From NCBI GenBank assembly GCA_951406725.2, contig OX597819.1, positions 107,694,001 to 107,758,000 of the forward strand: DNA of 64,000 bases, read 5' to 3'. The translations under genes were made by a program, and so were the position numbers. Origin of the DNA: Octopus vulgaris (Eukaryota). How positions within the stretch are numbered: the stretch's first letter is position 1; each line of letters starts with the position of its first letter. The notes beneath the pieces were generated by a model, which searched no databases, was not told the DNA's origin, and worked only from the letters and a program-made list of their open reading frames with translations. Of this stretch, positions 1-11,534 are shown one piece after another.

Positions 1-89
1 TGTATGTATGTATATTCGACTTCACAAATATATATATATGTGTGTATATCTATCTATCTATCTATATATATATATATATATATATTTGT

Positions 90-330
90 GAAGGCGCATG
101 GCTTAGTGGTTAAGGTGTTACACTCAGTATTGCGAGATCGTGGTTTCGATTCCCAGACCGGGCATTGTGTTGTGTTCTTGAGCAAAGCACTTCATCTCAC
201 GTTGTTCTGACATGTGGCACATGGTGCTCCTGTAGGGTAATGTCGATTTGATGGAGGGAACACAAAAATTTAATCCCTAATCCCTATAATCATATCATCA
301 GAGTGATCTAACGACGAGTGAGTCCATGAT
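90..330 (+). mobile_element. tRNA-derived SINE, family C (CORE-like central domain), degenerate
   Basis: tRNA-like head GGCGCATGGCTTAGTGGTTAAG...GGTTTCGATTCC, then TTGAGCAAAGCACTTCATCTC; homologous to 25919-26252 and 31788-32070. Confidence 0.75.
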
Positions 331-346
331 ATATATATACATATCT

Positions 347-750
347 CTTTTGTTTTACTTGTTTCAGTCATTTGACTGCGGCCATGCTGGTGGCACCGCC
401 TTTAGTCGAGCAAATCGACCCCGGGACTTATTCTTTGTAAGCCCAGTACTTATTATATCGGTCTCTTTTTGCCGAACCGCTAAGTGACGGGGACGTAAAC
501 ACACCAGCATCGGTTGTCAAGCAATGCTAGGGAGACAAACACAAACACACAAACACATACACACACATACATATATATACATATATATGACTGGCTTCTT
601 TCAGTTTCCGTCTACCAAATCCACTCACAAGGCATTGGTCAGCCCGGGGCTATAGCAGAAGACACTCGCCCAAGATGCCACGCAGTGGGACTGAACCCGG
701 AACCATGTGGTTGGTTAGCAAGCTACTTACCACACAGCCACTCCTGCGCC
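347..750 (-). mobile_element. tRNA-derived SINE, family A, with internal (TA)/(TG) microsatellite
   Basis: Reverse complement starts GGCGCAGGAGTGGCTGTGTGGTAAG...GGTTCAGTCCCAC and ends CAGCATGGCCGCAGTCAAATGACTGAAACAAGTAAAA; near-identical copies elsewhere in the window. Confidence 0.9.
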
Positions 751-887
751 TATATATATATATATATAAGATAAAACTTACTTGGAAATGGATGAGTAGT
801 GTTCAATCATATAATAATATAAATAATATATAAATATATGCATACATACACATATATATGTACATACCTACATATGCATAGATATAC

Positions 888-949
<62 letters not shown>

Positions 950-1374
950 CAACTTTACCTTTTTCTAACTATTTCCATGAATATAATTTCATGCTGAATA
1001 TTATTTCTAGTGTATGTTATTTTTTTAATTTGATTTTAATAACAGCCCACCAATTAAACTATTAAATTTCGCCAACATAGAGAAATTAATAAATATGCAT
1101 TTGTCAAATTCAATATCCTGAAATTATCCTCAATTAGTCATTTAATTTCCAGAATTGAAGGAGCATCATGTTATAATTTAATTATCTCAAATATACACGT
1201 GAAGTTCAAAATGTTGCTATATTTGCAATACTGAGAAAAGCAAAACACATTTCTATTTAATCATTTGGTACCAATTTACTTTCAACCTTGTTCAAATTAA
1301 TTTTAAGAGACTTTTTGTAATAAAATATCAACCTTAAATATATTTAGATTTTTATTATTACGTCAAATTCAAAG

Positions 1375-2225
1375 TCGCTGAACGGGCATAATCGTTAGCT
1401 CGCTGGACAAGTTACTTTCGGCATTTCTTTCGGCTTTACATTCTGAGTTCAAATTCTGCAGAAATCGACTTTCCCTTTCATCCTTTTGGGGTCGATAAAC
1501 TAAGTAACAGTTGAGCACTGAGGATGACATAATCAACAAACCCACCCCGCCCGAATTTGATGCTTTGGGTCTGTAGTAGAAAGAATTATTGTTACAGATT
1601 CAAAGGCACTAAGCTGGTAGAATCGTTAGGGCGAAATGCTTAGCGGTGTTTCGTCTGCCGCAATGTTCTGAGTTCGAATTCCGCCGAGTTCGACTTTGCC
1701 TGTCATCCTTTCGGAGTCGATAAATTAAGTACCAGTTACGCACTGGGGTCGATGTAATCGACTTAATTCTTTTGTCTGTCCTTGTTTGTCCGCTCTGTGT
1801 TTAGCCCCTTGTGGGTAATAAAGAAATAGGTATTTCGTCTGTTTTAAAGGCGGCGAGCTGGCAGAAACGTCAGCACGCAGGGCGAAATGCTAAGCGGTAT
1901 TTCGTCTGCCGCTACGTTCTGAGTTCAAATTCCGCCGAGGTCGGCTTTGCCTTTCATCCTTTCAGTGTCGATAAATTAAGTACCAGTTACGCACTGGGGT
2001 CGATGTAATCGACTTAATCCCTTTGTCTGTTCTTGTTTGTCTGTCCTTGTTTGTCTCCTCTATGTGGGCAATAAAGGAATAAGAATCGTTAGCATGATGG
2101 AGAAAGTGCTTAGCAGCTATTTCTTCCGGCTTTACGTTCTGAGATCAAATTCTACCGAGGTTGACTTTACTGTTCTTCATTTCGAGTTCGATAAAGTAAG
2201 TTACTGGATTGGTACCATCCAATAG
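1375..2225 (+). mobile_element. Cluster of four head-to-tail SINE family B copies
   Basis: Four repeats of GAGTTCAAATTCCGCCGAGGTCGACTTTGCCTTTCATCCTTTCGGGGTCGATAAA-like core with tRNA-like heads. Confidence 0.85.
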
Positions 2226-2774
2226 CTCCTTCCATCACGTTCATCGCATTTCATCGTATGATTTGTCGATACGACTAAATATTTTCTATATGACATTTTA
2301 CAAGACATTTAGAAGTTGGATATATATAAATAAACTTGAAGTAAGGAAATTGTGCGACAAAGATGCAGACATAAAAATATAACTGACATTTATAGGAAAG
2401 TAATCGTGAATATACTTTTGGTCCATATATCTTTGATAAGTCATAATTTTTCTTCTTTCAGTTTATAGTAAAACACTTATTTTCGTCTCAGAGTTTTATA
2501 GTTTACTGCAGACCCGACTACTGCAAAAACCGAAAGCGTGCTCAATACCACAAATGCTCTATCTCCACTGCTGTGCTTGAAGTGAAGCAAAATATTAGAC
2601 CTGAGGACGAGAGATTTATTACAAGTTTTGATTAGTATCTGGTAATACAGAATGCGCTGTAATCTTCAATATTTAAATTTACAACAGAATACATATATTT
2701 GTATGACCTATGAAGTGCTTACAATATCGAATAGTCAGGTATTCTATATCTCTGCAGCTCTCTTCCCTCCCTCT

Positions 2775-2854
<80 letters not shown>

Positions 2855-3179
2855 GTGTGTATACATACCATTTAATGTACACTGTGTTAAAATAAGAGCC
2901 ACTAATGTTTTCTTGCCATTAAGACACGTGGTTAGACAGGTTTTTAGAACGTGCCTTATATCTCCAAATAATTTTTGGGTTCTGTTCTATTTGAAAATTA
3001 GACGTTACAAGTGGACAAGTTACTGGAATTAGGTTCATAGTCTTTCAGAGTAAGAACGCTTCTCTTTTCTTCAAGCATCCTAATATATCGCCAACCTTAC
3101 TACCTTTAGAGAATAATTTAACTTCATCGTTAATATCATTGTATCTATGATAACTTACATTTAGTGGAAGTGGTATCAT

Positions 3180-3520
3180 TCAGAAACTTGTTATATGGGT
3201 CATTAATACAGGTTATAGGCCTTATGCAAACGCGAAGGTAATTTTAAAGCACTTTATGCAAACCACCAGTCTTCCCAGTACATCGATAAAAGTAAACCCG
3301 CTTGGATGGCTAGTCATGTATAAGATTTGAAGACCAAGGTTTCACTACATACAATCAAGAGGAGAATTGTGGAGAAATCCATGCCATACGTAAATGAATT
3401 TAAAAAATGTAACTTATGCGTAGCTGGAAGATCACATTTTCTTTTAGGACAATGAATTCCACAGCTCTACTTAATTCCGGAACCAAAATTTTCACTGAAC
3501 GCAAACATATGTAGAATATT
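3180..3520 (+). pseudogene. Degenerate Penelope-like (Naiad-type) GIY-YIG endonuclease fragment
   Basis: Manual translation EGNFKALYANHQSS ... SHV*DLKTK ... IKRRIVEKSMPYVNEFKKCNLCVA ... LLNSGTKIFTERKH aligns with the C-terminus of ORF 9304-10494; has stops and frameshifts. Confidence 0.75.
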
Positions 3521-3923
3521 TTTAGCCAACTGGCTGACACTATCCCCTTCGAAATGAGCAGCTGTCTCGCAGACCAGACTTTGGAACTCTTTCTATAAGA
3601 TTATTCTACACTAACTACTTTAAGTGTGACTTCTACCATCAAAGAGAATGCAACTAAATTTCTTTCTTTTCTTGACTTTTTTTCAATGTTATTCATCCTT
3701 TGTCTTCTCATTTCACACTTCGCATCAACGTTCTCGTTTTTTCTTGTAATTTCTTGTGTGCCAGCGTCTTGATACAAGACACTTTATAAAAAACCTGTAT
3801 AAACACGTGTCTCATTGGCAAGAAACTATTACTAGCTCTTATTTTAATACAGCGTACATTAAATGATATTTATCTCTCATTGAATGGAGAAGTTTTTGTT
3901 GATCTAACTGTAACAGAAGAGTA

Positions 3924-3980
<57 letters not shown>

Positions 3981-4280
3981 ATATATATATATCAACAATT
4001 GAGGGTAAAATTAATTAATTAATCAATTTCACCAAGTGTTCAGTATGTAAAAGGACCATTTAAGGCGAATTCAAAATTTTACATTATATAATTAGGGCTT
4101 AGTAAAATAAATTACTTTGCCACATACTGAACTTAGTAGAAATAGCAGCCAAAAAAAAAAAAAAAAATTTTCTTAGCATTTCTACAACTTAAAGAAAATT
4201 TCTCTCAGATAATGTTTACTCCAGATAGCCCACGAAGGTTTGGAGGTAAATACAGAAAAATATCACAAGTACATAGATCG

Positions 4281-4343
4281 TTTGAGTACGTCAACGTTTC
4301 AAGATTAGCCAAATAAAATCAGCATTTCTATCGTCAGCTCAAA
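4281..4343 (-). ncRNA. Type I hammerhead ribozyme
   Basis: UUUGAG-CUGACGA-[stem II]-GAAACGUUGACGUA-CUCAAA: 6-bp stem I, full core, GUA cleavage triplet. Confidence 0.85.
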
Positions 4344-4851
4344 ATTTCTTAATTTGGATTTGGAAACACTAAAAAGAAGGAACTTTACCTATCAGCGAAG
4401 TTATCGCTTCAGATGAACCACTCCGACTAACAGTGTAAACAAATTCAAAATGCGCAAGGCGTAAATTTCTTCAATCCGCTTCCACCCACGTGGTCTATCT
4501 AGCAAACATTATATTTTAACCGCGAGAACCGAGGCAGTATGACCGAGAGAAATGAATTATAATATCAACAATTGAGGGTAAAATTAATTAATTAATCAAT
4601 TTCACCAAGTGTTCAGTATGTAAAAGGACCATTTAAGGCGAATTCAAAATTTTACATTATATAATTAGGGCTTAGTAAAATAAATTACTTTGCCACATAC
4701 TGAACTTAGTAGAAATAGCAGCAAAAAAAAAAAAAAAAATTTCTTAGCATTTCTACAACTTAAAGAAAATTTCTCTCAGATAATGTTTACTCCAGATAGC
4801 CCACGAAGGTTTGGAGGTAAATACAGAAAAATATCACAAGTACATAGATCG

Positions 4852-4914
4852 TTTGAGTACGTCAACGTTTCAAGATTAGCCAAATAAAATCAGCATTTCT
4901 ATCGTCAGCTCAAA
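4852..4914 (-). ncRNA. Type I hammerhead ribozyme (second tandem copy)
   Basis: Identical to 4281-4343. Confidence 0.85.
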
Positions 4915-5761
4915 ATTTCTTAATTTGGATTTGGAAACACTAAAAAGAAGGAACTTTACCTATCAGCGAAGTTATCGCTTCAGATGAACCACTCCGACTA
5001 ACAGTGTCAACAAATTCAAAATGCGCAGGCGTAAATTTCTTCAATCCGCTTCCACCCACGTGGTCTATCTAGCAAACATTATATTTTAACCGCGAGAACC
5101 GATATATACACATGCATATTAGTTTGTGCGTCTGTATGTGTGTGCATATGTGTGCATGCGTGCGTGTATGTGTGAAAGAGTTGAATATAAATGAATTGTC
5201 TCCTACAAGGTTTTATCAAGCGTTAAAAGCAAAACATTATTCTTATTTATGTGATGCATAAACACACATAACAAACACAATGTTCAATCCAAAAATAGAC
5301 ATCGGCCAAGATTATACATTTCCCACAAGAGAGGAATTAGTGGAGTTAGTCCCAAAACGAAAAAATATTGAGTTTCAAATGGAAGTAAATCTCAAAAAGG
5401 GAGATGTGTAAAAAAAGAATTATTCACTTCCAAAAGAAGTCAATCTCAAAAGGGGAGATTCTGTAGTGATAGACATTAACACACCTGTGTTTAAAACATG
5501 GACTCGCTGGATTGTTATATTGTTGATGACGTTAGAGGTCGTTTTTGAATCTTGCGTTTTTGGGGGTAGAAATAAAAAAAGTACGTCTTGTGCAGACATT
5601 GGTTTTACCTCCGCTTCGTTAAATTATATATCCAAACGTGTGTGTGTGTGTGTTTTGTGTGCGTTTGTGTGTTTGTGTCTGCATTTGTCTCCCGTAACCG
5701 CTTGACAACCGGTGTTGGTGTATTTATGTCCCCGTAACGTAGCGGTTCTGCAAAAGAGAAA

Positions 5762-5910
5762 TCCGAATGTATTTTTGCTCAGCTGAAAACAGTTTTGGTA
5801 TAAACTTGGCAGATACAGGTTTCATATCCAAATCTTCAGTGATAACGGACTGAATTGAACCGCAACTAATCTGCACATCCTCTGATAACTCACGGATGGT
5901 GATTCAACGG
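5762..5910 (-). pseudogene. mariner transposase fragment
   Basis: Translates ITIRELSEDVQISCGSIQSVITEDLDMKPVSAKFIPKLFSAEQK (second HTH plus WVPHEL-equivalent linker). Confidence 0.75.
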
Positions 5911-5913
5911 TCA

Positions 5914-5971
5914 GTTATGGACGTACGTTTCTGGATTAGAATCAAAGATTCATTTCCTTCATCAACATAAT
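5914..5971 (-). ncRNA. Hammerhead motif, U3 variant (inverted copy)
   Basis: Reverse complement of 6338-6395 with a few substitutions. Confidence 0.6.
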
Positions 5972-6337
5972 ATTTCGGTACATAAACCTAGATTTTGTTA
6001 TAAAGACCCTCTTTGTTATAATTATATAAACTTTTACCGAATATGGTCCTTTTCCATACCGAAAAAACTGCTTGGTGAAATTTGTTGATTTTATTAAATT
6101 AATTATATTTCACCCTTTATCTGTATTGATTACTTTACTCCCCTAAGACAGAACAACGAATTTATTTTCGGCAGTATTATTTGTAACTCACATGTGAAAA
6201 AATTCTGGAGGGAAATACGAATTCACTTGTCTATATAAATGTGGATATGCTGATTAGCTTCTGTATGCCCCGATGTCGCCTGGTCGGAAATATGGAGGGT
6301 AGGATTTCCTAGCATTTCCAGGTTTATGTACCGGAAT

Positions 6338-6395
6338 ATTATGTTGATGAAGGAAATGAATCTCTGATTCTAACCCAGAAACGTACGTCCATAGT
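6338..6395 (+). ncRNA. Type I hammerhead motif, U3 variant
   Basis: AUUAUG-UUGAUGA-[stem II]-GAAACGUACGUC-CAUAGU; palindromic stem III, GUC triplet. Confidence 0.65.
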
Positions 6396-6694
6396 TGACC
6401 ATGGACTGTTTGATTTCGTTATTTTCCTTCTTTTTCGCCGCATAATGAGTTGCAAATACCGCATAATGAGTTGCAAATATGTCTGTAGAGACATATTTTT
6501 GTAGTAAAAGAAATAACAGTCCTCTGGCTGCTATTTCTAATACTTTCGGTATGTGGTCTAGCAGCGTGTTGCAAAGACCCTCTTTGTTATAATTATATAA
6601 ACTTTTACCGAATATGGTCCTTTTCCATACCGAAAAAACTGCTTGGTGAAATTTGTTGATTTTAATAAATTAATAATATTTCACCCTTTATCTG

Positions 6695-6761
<67 letters not shown>

Positions 6762-6769
6762 TATATATG

Positions 6770-6837
<68 letters not shown>

Positions 6838-6867
6838 TCAAAATAAAAACATGATGCCAAGGATTCA

Positions 6868-6945
6868 GCGGTACATATGTTTCGGGCCTTTATTAGACGG
6901 ATTTATAACAATGCATAATGTGTGTCTATGGCCTTCTTCAGCCGC
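6868..6945 (-). ncRNA. Minimal type I hammerhead ribozyme in the 3' pLTR
   Basis: GCGG-CUGAAGA-AGGCC...GGCCC-GAAACAUAUGUA-CCGC; palindromic CAUAUG stem III as in Penelope pLTR hammerheads. Confidence 0.85.
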
Positions 6946-9303
6946 GCACAACTACTACCTCAAGGACATGTATTACATCAAAAATTCTACGTTGGGGATG
7001 CAAATCCTCTCATTCGCGTACGACATAATGCGGCAACAGCATAAAAATGAAGCGTCCATCTCGTCCTTCTCTCAATGTATAATGAGGAAGTTTGGATGTT
7101 GAGGTAATATAAATAAATGAATAGATAAATATATACATATATAAAAACTGACAGACGTGAAGGAACCTGGTAATAAGAGCAAATAGGGATAAAGATGGAG
7201 GGGCGAGAATTCAGGACGAAGGATAAAAAAATATATTAAAAATGTAGAGTATAAAAAAATTTTTTTAAATTTAAAAAATTTAAAAATTATCAGAAGTATA
7301 AAGGGTATAAGAGTGTAGGAATGTAAAAGAATATAAGGATAAGCGATATATAGTAGTTACGGACCAAACATGGTGGTCAGGAAAATGACAAATTCTGGTT
7401 GTAGAAGTCTTATGTGTCATAAATCAACCGGGGCGTCTGGGGACCTAGTGTATTGTAAATTAGAGTTGTTGAGCCGCTTATCTAGTTCTTCGTAACGTAT
7501 TAAGTGGTCATCATGTACATACGTACACGCATGGATACATACACCCATACACACGCGCACATATACGCACGCATACGCAACTACACGCATACAAGCATAC
7601 ATACGTACTCTCGTGTAAACATATACAGATATATATGGAAAAAGGCGCATGTAGTTGGGTACACGAACCGACGCGCACACATACGTACATACATATACTC
7701 ACATGCGTTCATATAGGCACACTCGCACTTACACGCATGTACAAGACGAAGTGAATCTCTATGCGTGTGGGCAGGAATATGTATACACCTGCACTCGCGT
7801 CCACCCCCACACACATGGGGGAGTAGATCCCTATGCCTATACACAAAGGTGTGCATATGCACAGACACAGGTATAACAAAAGGATCCGTTCTTGCACACG
7901 GGTAAGATACGGAGTCATAGTGGGTACATTAGGTAGACATGAATGTAAGAAACTTGCGGGCAAAAGATTTTAACAGAATATGCATATATATATACACGGA
8001 CAATATACATATACATATATATATACACACACACACATACGCATATATATATATATACGCATATATGCACATATATATATGTATACATATACACATATAC
8101 ACACATATACATACACACACATACACACACCCATACCCGCACACGCACATATATATATATGTGCATACATACACACCCACGTGTACATACATACACGCAT
8201 ATATACATACACACGGACCCACGCACACGTATCCACACGCACACACACACATCTGTGTGTCTATACGTGCGTGTGCACATACACTTACATACACATACAC
8301 AGACACACACACATATAGGTATAGATATAAGAAATTAAAAGATGTATAAAAAATGTATTAAAAAAAAATCTACAAACGCATGTAAAAAAACGGACCCGCG
8401 CACACGTATCTACACGCACATACACACACCTCTGTGTGTCTATACGTGCGTGTACACATACACTTACATACACATACACTTACATACACATACACAGACA
8501 CACACGCATATAGGTATAGATATAAGATATTAAAAGATGTATAAAAAAATGTATATAAGAAATCTACAAAAGCATGTAAAAAAATTATTAAAAAAATTAT
8601 TAAGAAAGTATAGCGGGGGGGGTACACATATAAACACAGATCTTTACTCATACATACGCATACACATATATACATATACATACATACACAGACACCCTTA
8701 TAATCATAAAGCGGATACATAGATAAGTAAATAAGGAAAAAAGTTAAAAATAGACATATATAGAGATATAAAGTGATAAAATAGAGGTAAAAATAGGAGT
8801 AAGAATAAGGGTAAGAATAAGAGTTAGAAATAAAAATAAGAAATAAAATATAAAAATTAAAATAAAGAATAAAAATAAAAATAAGAATAAAAATAAAATA
8901 AAATAAAATAGAATAAAATAAAATAAAAATGTAATCGGGTAAAGCTTAACATGAGATGAAGGTAAAAATAAAGGGTGGTTGAAAATGTAAAGTTATAGGT
9001 GTGTGTTAAAGGTGACCACGTAGGGGCGGGCGGGGGGAACTGAAAATTGGAAGGGTGGGAAGCGGGGTTTGGTGGTGTGCGCTCGACATCAGAGCTAGAA
9101 ATGGAAAAAGGTATAGATATAGGGAAACAAAAAATCTAGATAGGAAGAAGGTAGGTGTAGGAGAAGGAATATATAGGAAAAGAAATATATGGGAGACAAA
9201 ATATGTATATATAGGAAAATATATATAGGAAAACGGGATGCGCTGGAGCCGACAGGTTGCACTTGGGTGGGAGGAAATTGCATGGGGGAGTTGGTATAAT
9301 AGC

Positions 9304-10494
9304 CTAAGTTTTGTAGTATTTGAAAGTATTAATAAGTTTGTGTATACAATATGGCTTGAACTCTGACCTTTTGTTAATAAGATTGTGTTTCTCCTTGAAT
9401 TTCAAGATATTCAGGAGTTCTACACAACATAGTTGGCATCCTGCTCTATTATTTAAATAACGTGCAGCTGATCCGATGATGGACCACCTGAGTTTGAAAC
9501 CTATGCTTTTGTCTTTTAATTCCCAAATTTTCTTAGAAAGGGATGTGCTGCTAGCTTTATGTCTATGCTTAAATGAGGACCGGTGGTTGTAGTATCTAGA
9601 TTTCCAGGAGGTCGAGCAACCTATGTAGGTGAGTGTGTTAAACTGGGTACTCACCTCACATGAATAGATTACATTTTTCGCCCTACATACACCACGTAGC
9701 GGACACTCGGATGCACATATGCAGTTGCAGTGCACTGCATTTCCCGGTCGTGTGATGTTAGTCCCAGGCGGAGGTGTTGCATTAAGTGTAGGGGCACTGT
9801 TATCCTCCTGGTTGTTGATGGGTGTGATGTTGCCTCTGTTGTGTTGGCGGGTGTTATTACTAACTGTTTGGGTATTATGGTTGCCAGCCCGATTATATTG
9901 ACTACTGTCTGGATGAATGGGGTTCGATTGGTTGTTATGGCCTGCTCTTAATCTAGCTGTTCTAATGTTAATATAGTTATGCTTAGCTATGAGGCAGCTC
10001 ATGTTGGGCAGGGTAGAGTAGGAGATCCTAATGGTTTTGTCGGAGAAGATACTTCTATACTTATGGGTGGGTGGGAAGTTGTTGGAAATGATAGAGAATA
10101 TTCTCTTACATAATTTACCCCTAACTGCTATGTTGTATGGTATGTTGTACCATATATATTTGCGTAATCTACTATTTCCGCCTCTATTTATCCTAATGTG
10201 ATCTATGTTGCTCTCGTCGGAAGGGTTATCATTGTGTACTATTCTATTGGTTCGCTCTTTTCCTATACGTTGCTTAGAAGTTAAATTAGAATTAGCGTTA
10301 GCTTGGGTTGAATACGGAGTTCGTTTATAAGTGGGAGTTTTACAGCCGACGGACGATCGTGGGGGGTCTACATAGGATATTCTCTGGGTATACCCAGCAC
10401 TAGAGAGAGCCTGGTTGTAGTGTTGTGCGTGATTATTGAATATATCTCTGTTAGAGGATAGCTTAGTGAGTCTGTCTGAGATGGCTTGGACCAT
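9304..10494 (-). CDS. Penelope-like protein: RT thumb remnant, linker and Cys-rich GIY-YIG endonuclease (396 aa, no RT core)
   Basis: ISDRLTKLSSNRDIF...YNQALSSAGY; IWYNIPY; CNCICASECPLRGVC; VIY...YIG; RYYNH; LSKKIWELK; CQLC; INKRSE...CIH. Confidence 0.85.
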   Translation of the reverse strand: MVQAISDRLTKLSSNRDIFNNHAQHYNQALSSAGYTQRISYVDPPRSSVGCKTPTYKRTPYSTQANANSNLTSKQRIGKERTNRIVHNDNPSDESNIDHIRINRGGNSRLRKYIWYNIPYNIAVRGKLCKRIFSIISNNFPPTHKYRSIFSDKTIRISYSTLPNMSCLIAKHNYINIRTARLRAGHNNQSNPIHPDSSQYNRAGNHNTQTVSNNTRQHNRGNITPINNQEDNSAPTLNATPPPGTNITRPGNAVHCNCICASECPLRGVCRAKNVIYSCEVSTQFNTLTYIGCSTSWKSRYYNHRSSFKHRHKASSTSLSKKIWELKDKSIGFKLRWSIIGSAARYLNNRAGCQLCCVELLNILKFKEKHNLINKRSEFKPYCIHKLINTFKYYKT

Positions 10495-10703
10495 CTGTCA
10501 GTTTTTATATATGTATATATTTATCTATTCATTTATTTATATTACCTCGACATCCAAACTTCCTCATTATACATTGAGAGAAGGACGAGATGGTCGCTTC
10601 ATTTTTATGCTGTTGCCGCATTATGTCGTACGCGAATGAGAGGATTTGCATCCCCAACGTAGAATTTTTGATGTAATACATGTCCTTGAGGTAGTAGTTG
10701 TGC

Positions 10704-10781
10704 GCGGCTGAAGAAGGCCATAGACACACATTATGCATTGTTATAAATCCGTCTAATAAAGGCCCAAAACATATGTACCGC
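10704..10781 (+). ncRNA. Hammerhead in the inverted pLTR, G12A mutant
   Basis: Same as 6868-6945 but GAAA is AAAA at 10766. Confidence 0.7.
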
Positions 10782-10888
10782 TGAATCCTTGGCATCATGT
10801 TTTTATTTTGATTAATTTACTCCACCACCTACACCACCAAACGGTATATACAGGTGCTTACAATTATCAAGTACTCAACCTGAATTTC

Positions 10889-10972
<84 letters not shown>

Positions 10973-10975
10973 TAA

Positions 10976-11036
<61 letters not shown>

Positions 11037-11040
11037 TACA

Positions 11041-11076
<36 letters not shown>

Positions 11077-11264
11077 TATGTATGTATGTATGTATATACA
11101 TATATATGTATATATATATACATATTTATACATATATACACATATATATACATATATATATATACATATATATTTTGCATGTATATATACCTGTATACAT
11201 CTGTATCTGTGTGTATGGGTGTGGTGATGGTATGTGTCTGTGTGTTTACAAATTTCAAAGGTAA

Positions 11265-11470
11265 CTAATGTAATTACAATTTGTTTTCAGATACAATATA
11301 AATGTCGCTATAATTACTCAATTATTGAAAGTACTTGATTCACTTAACAAATGTGGTGCCTGACCATGAACTGAGACTAATTTTCTTGTATGACTTTAAA
11401 TTGACGAATAATTGCTTACACTCGTGTTAACATAGTGTTTTAAGAGAACAGTACAGCTACCATTTCGTAG
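11265..11470 (+). repeat. Repeat with mariner-like N-terminal HTH remnant (copy 1)
   Basis: Homologous in inverted orientation to ~15440-15665; encodes PDHELRLIFLYDFKLTNN. Confidence 0.55.
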
Positions 11471-11534
11471 GTTAGTCTAGATGTATCAACAACAGCAACG
11501 AACATTCTTGTTCTTAATAAAGTCTTAGTCTAAG

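Larger units (their letters stand above)
3989..5102 (-). repeat. Tandem ~572-bp dimer (about 1.95 units) carrying one hammerhead per unit; pLTR/retrozyme-like
   Basis: ATCAACAATTGAGGG at 3991 and 4564; units nearly identical; abuts a (TA)n tract. Confidence 0.9.
5909..6696 (+). mobile_element. Non-coding hammerhead element: inverted arm plus 571-bp-period partial tandem
   Basis: Direct repeat 6002-6125 / 6573-6696; inverted repeat ~5909-5990 / ~6320-6400; ends in (TA)n. Confidence 0.8.
6832..10888 (-). mobile_element. Penelope-like element (Naiad-type), RT-less, bracketed by inverted pLTRs
   Basis: 324-bp inverted repeats 6832-7155 / 10494-10817 (about 3 substitutions seen); GIY-YIG ORF; ~2.1-kb microsatellite-rich 3' region; (TA)n on both sides. 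Confidence 0.9.

Noticed and set aside
90-170. tRNA gene
   Set aside because: tRNA-like SINE head without a proper cloverleaf, continuing into the SINE body
2511-2641. Possible host exon after an AG acceptor (PDYCKNRKRAQYHKC...)
   Set aside because: Frame stops before the donor and there is no recognisable homology
3989-5102. CRISPR array or pure assembly duplication
   Set aside because: No repeat-spacer structure; small unit differences and a homologous same-period element nearby favour a real tandem, though reads should confirm it
9304-10494. Selenoprotein-type Naiad element
   Set aside because: No in-frame TGA in the ORF and no SECIS recognisable by eye
10529-10798. 89-aa ORF duplicated at 6851-7102
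   Set aside because: Antisense to the hammerhead pLTR; the duplication is explained by the inverted repeat and no domain is recognisable
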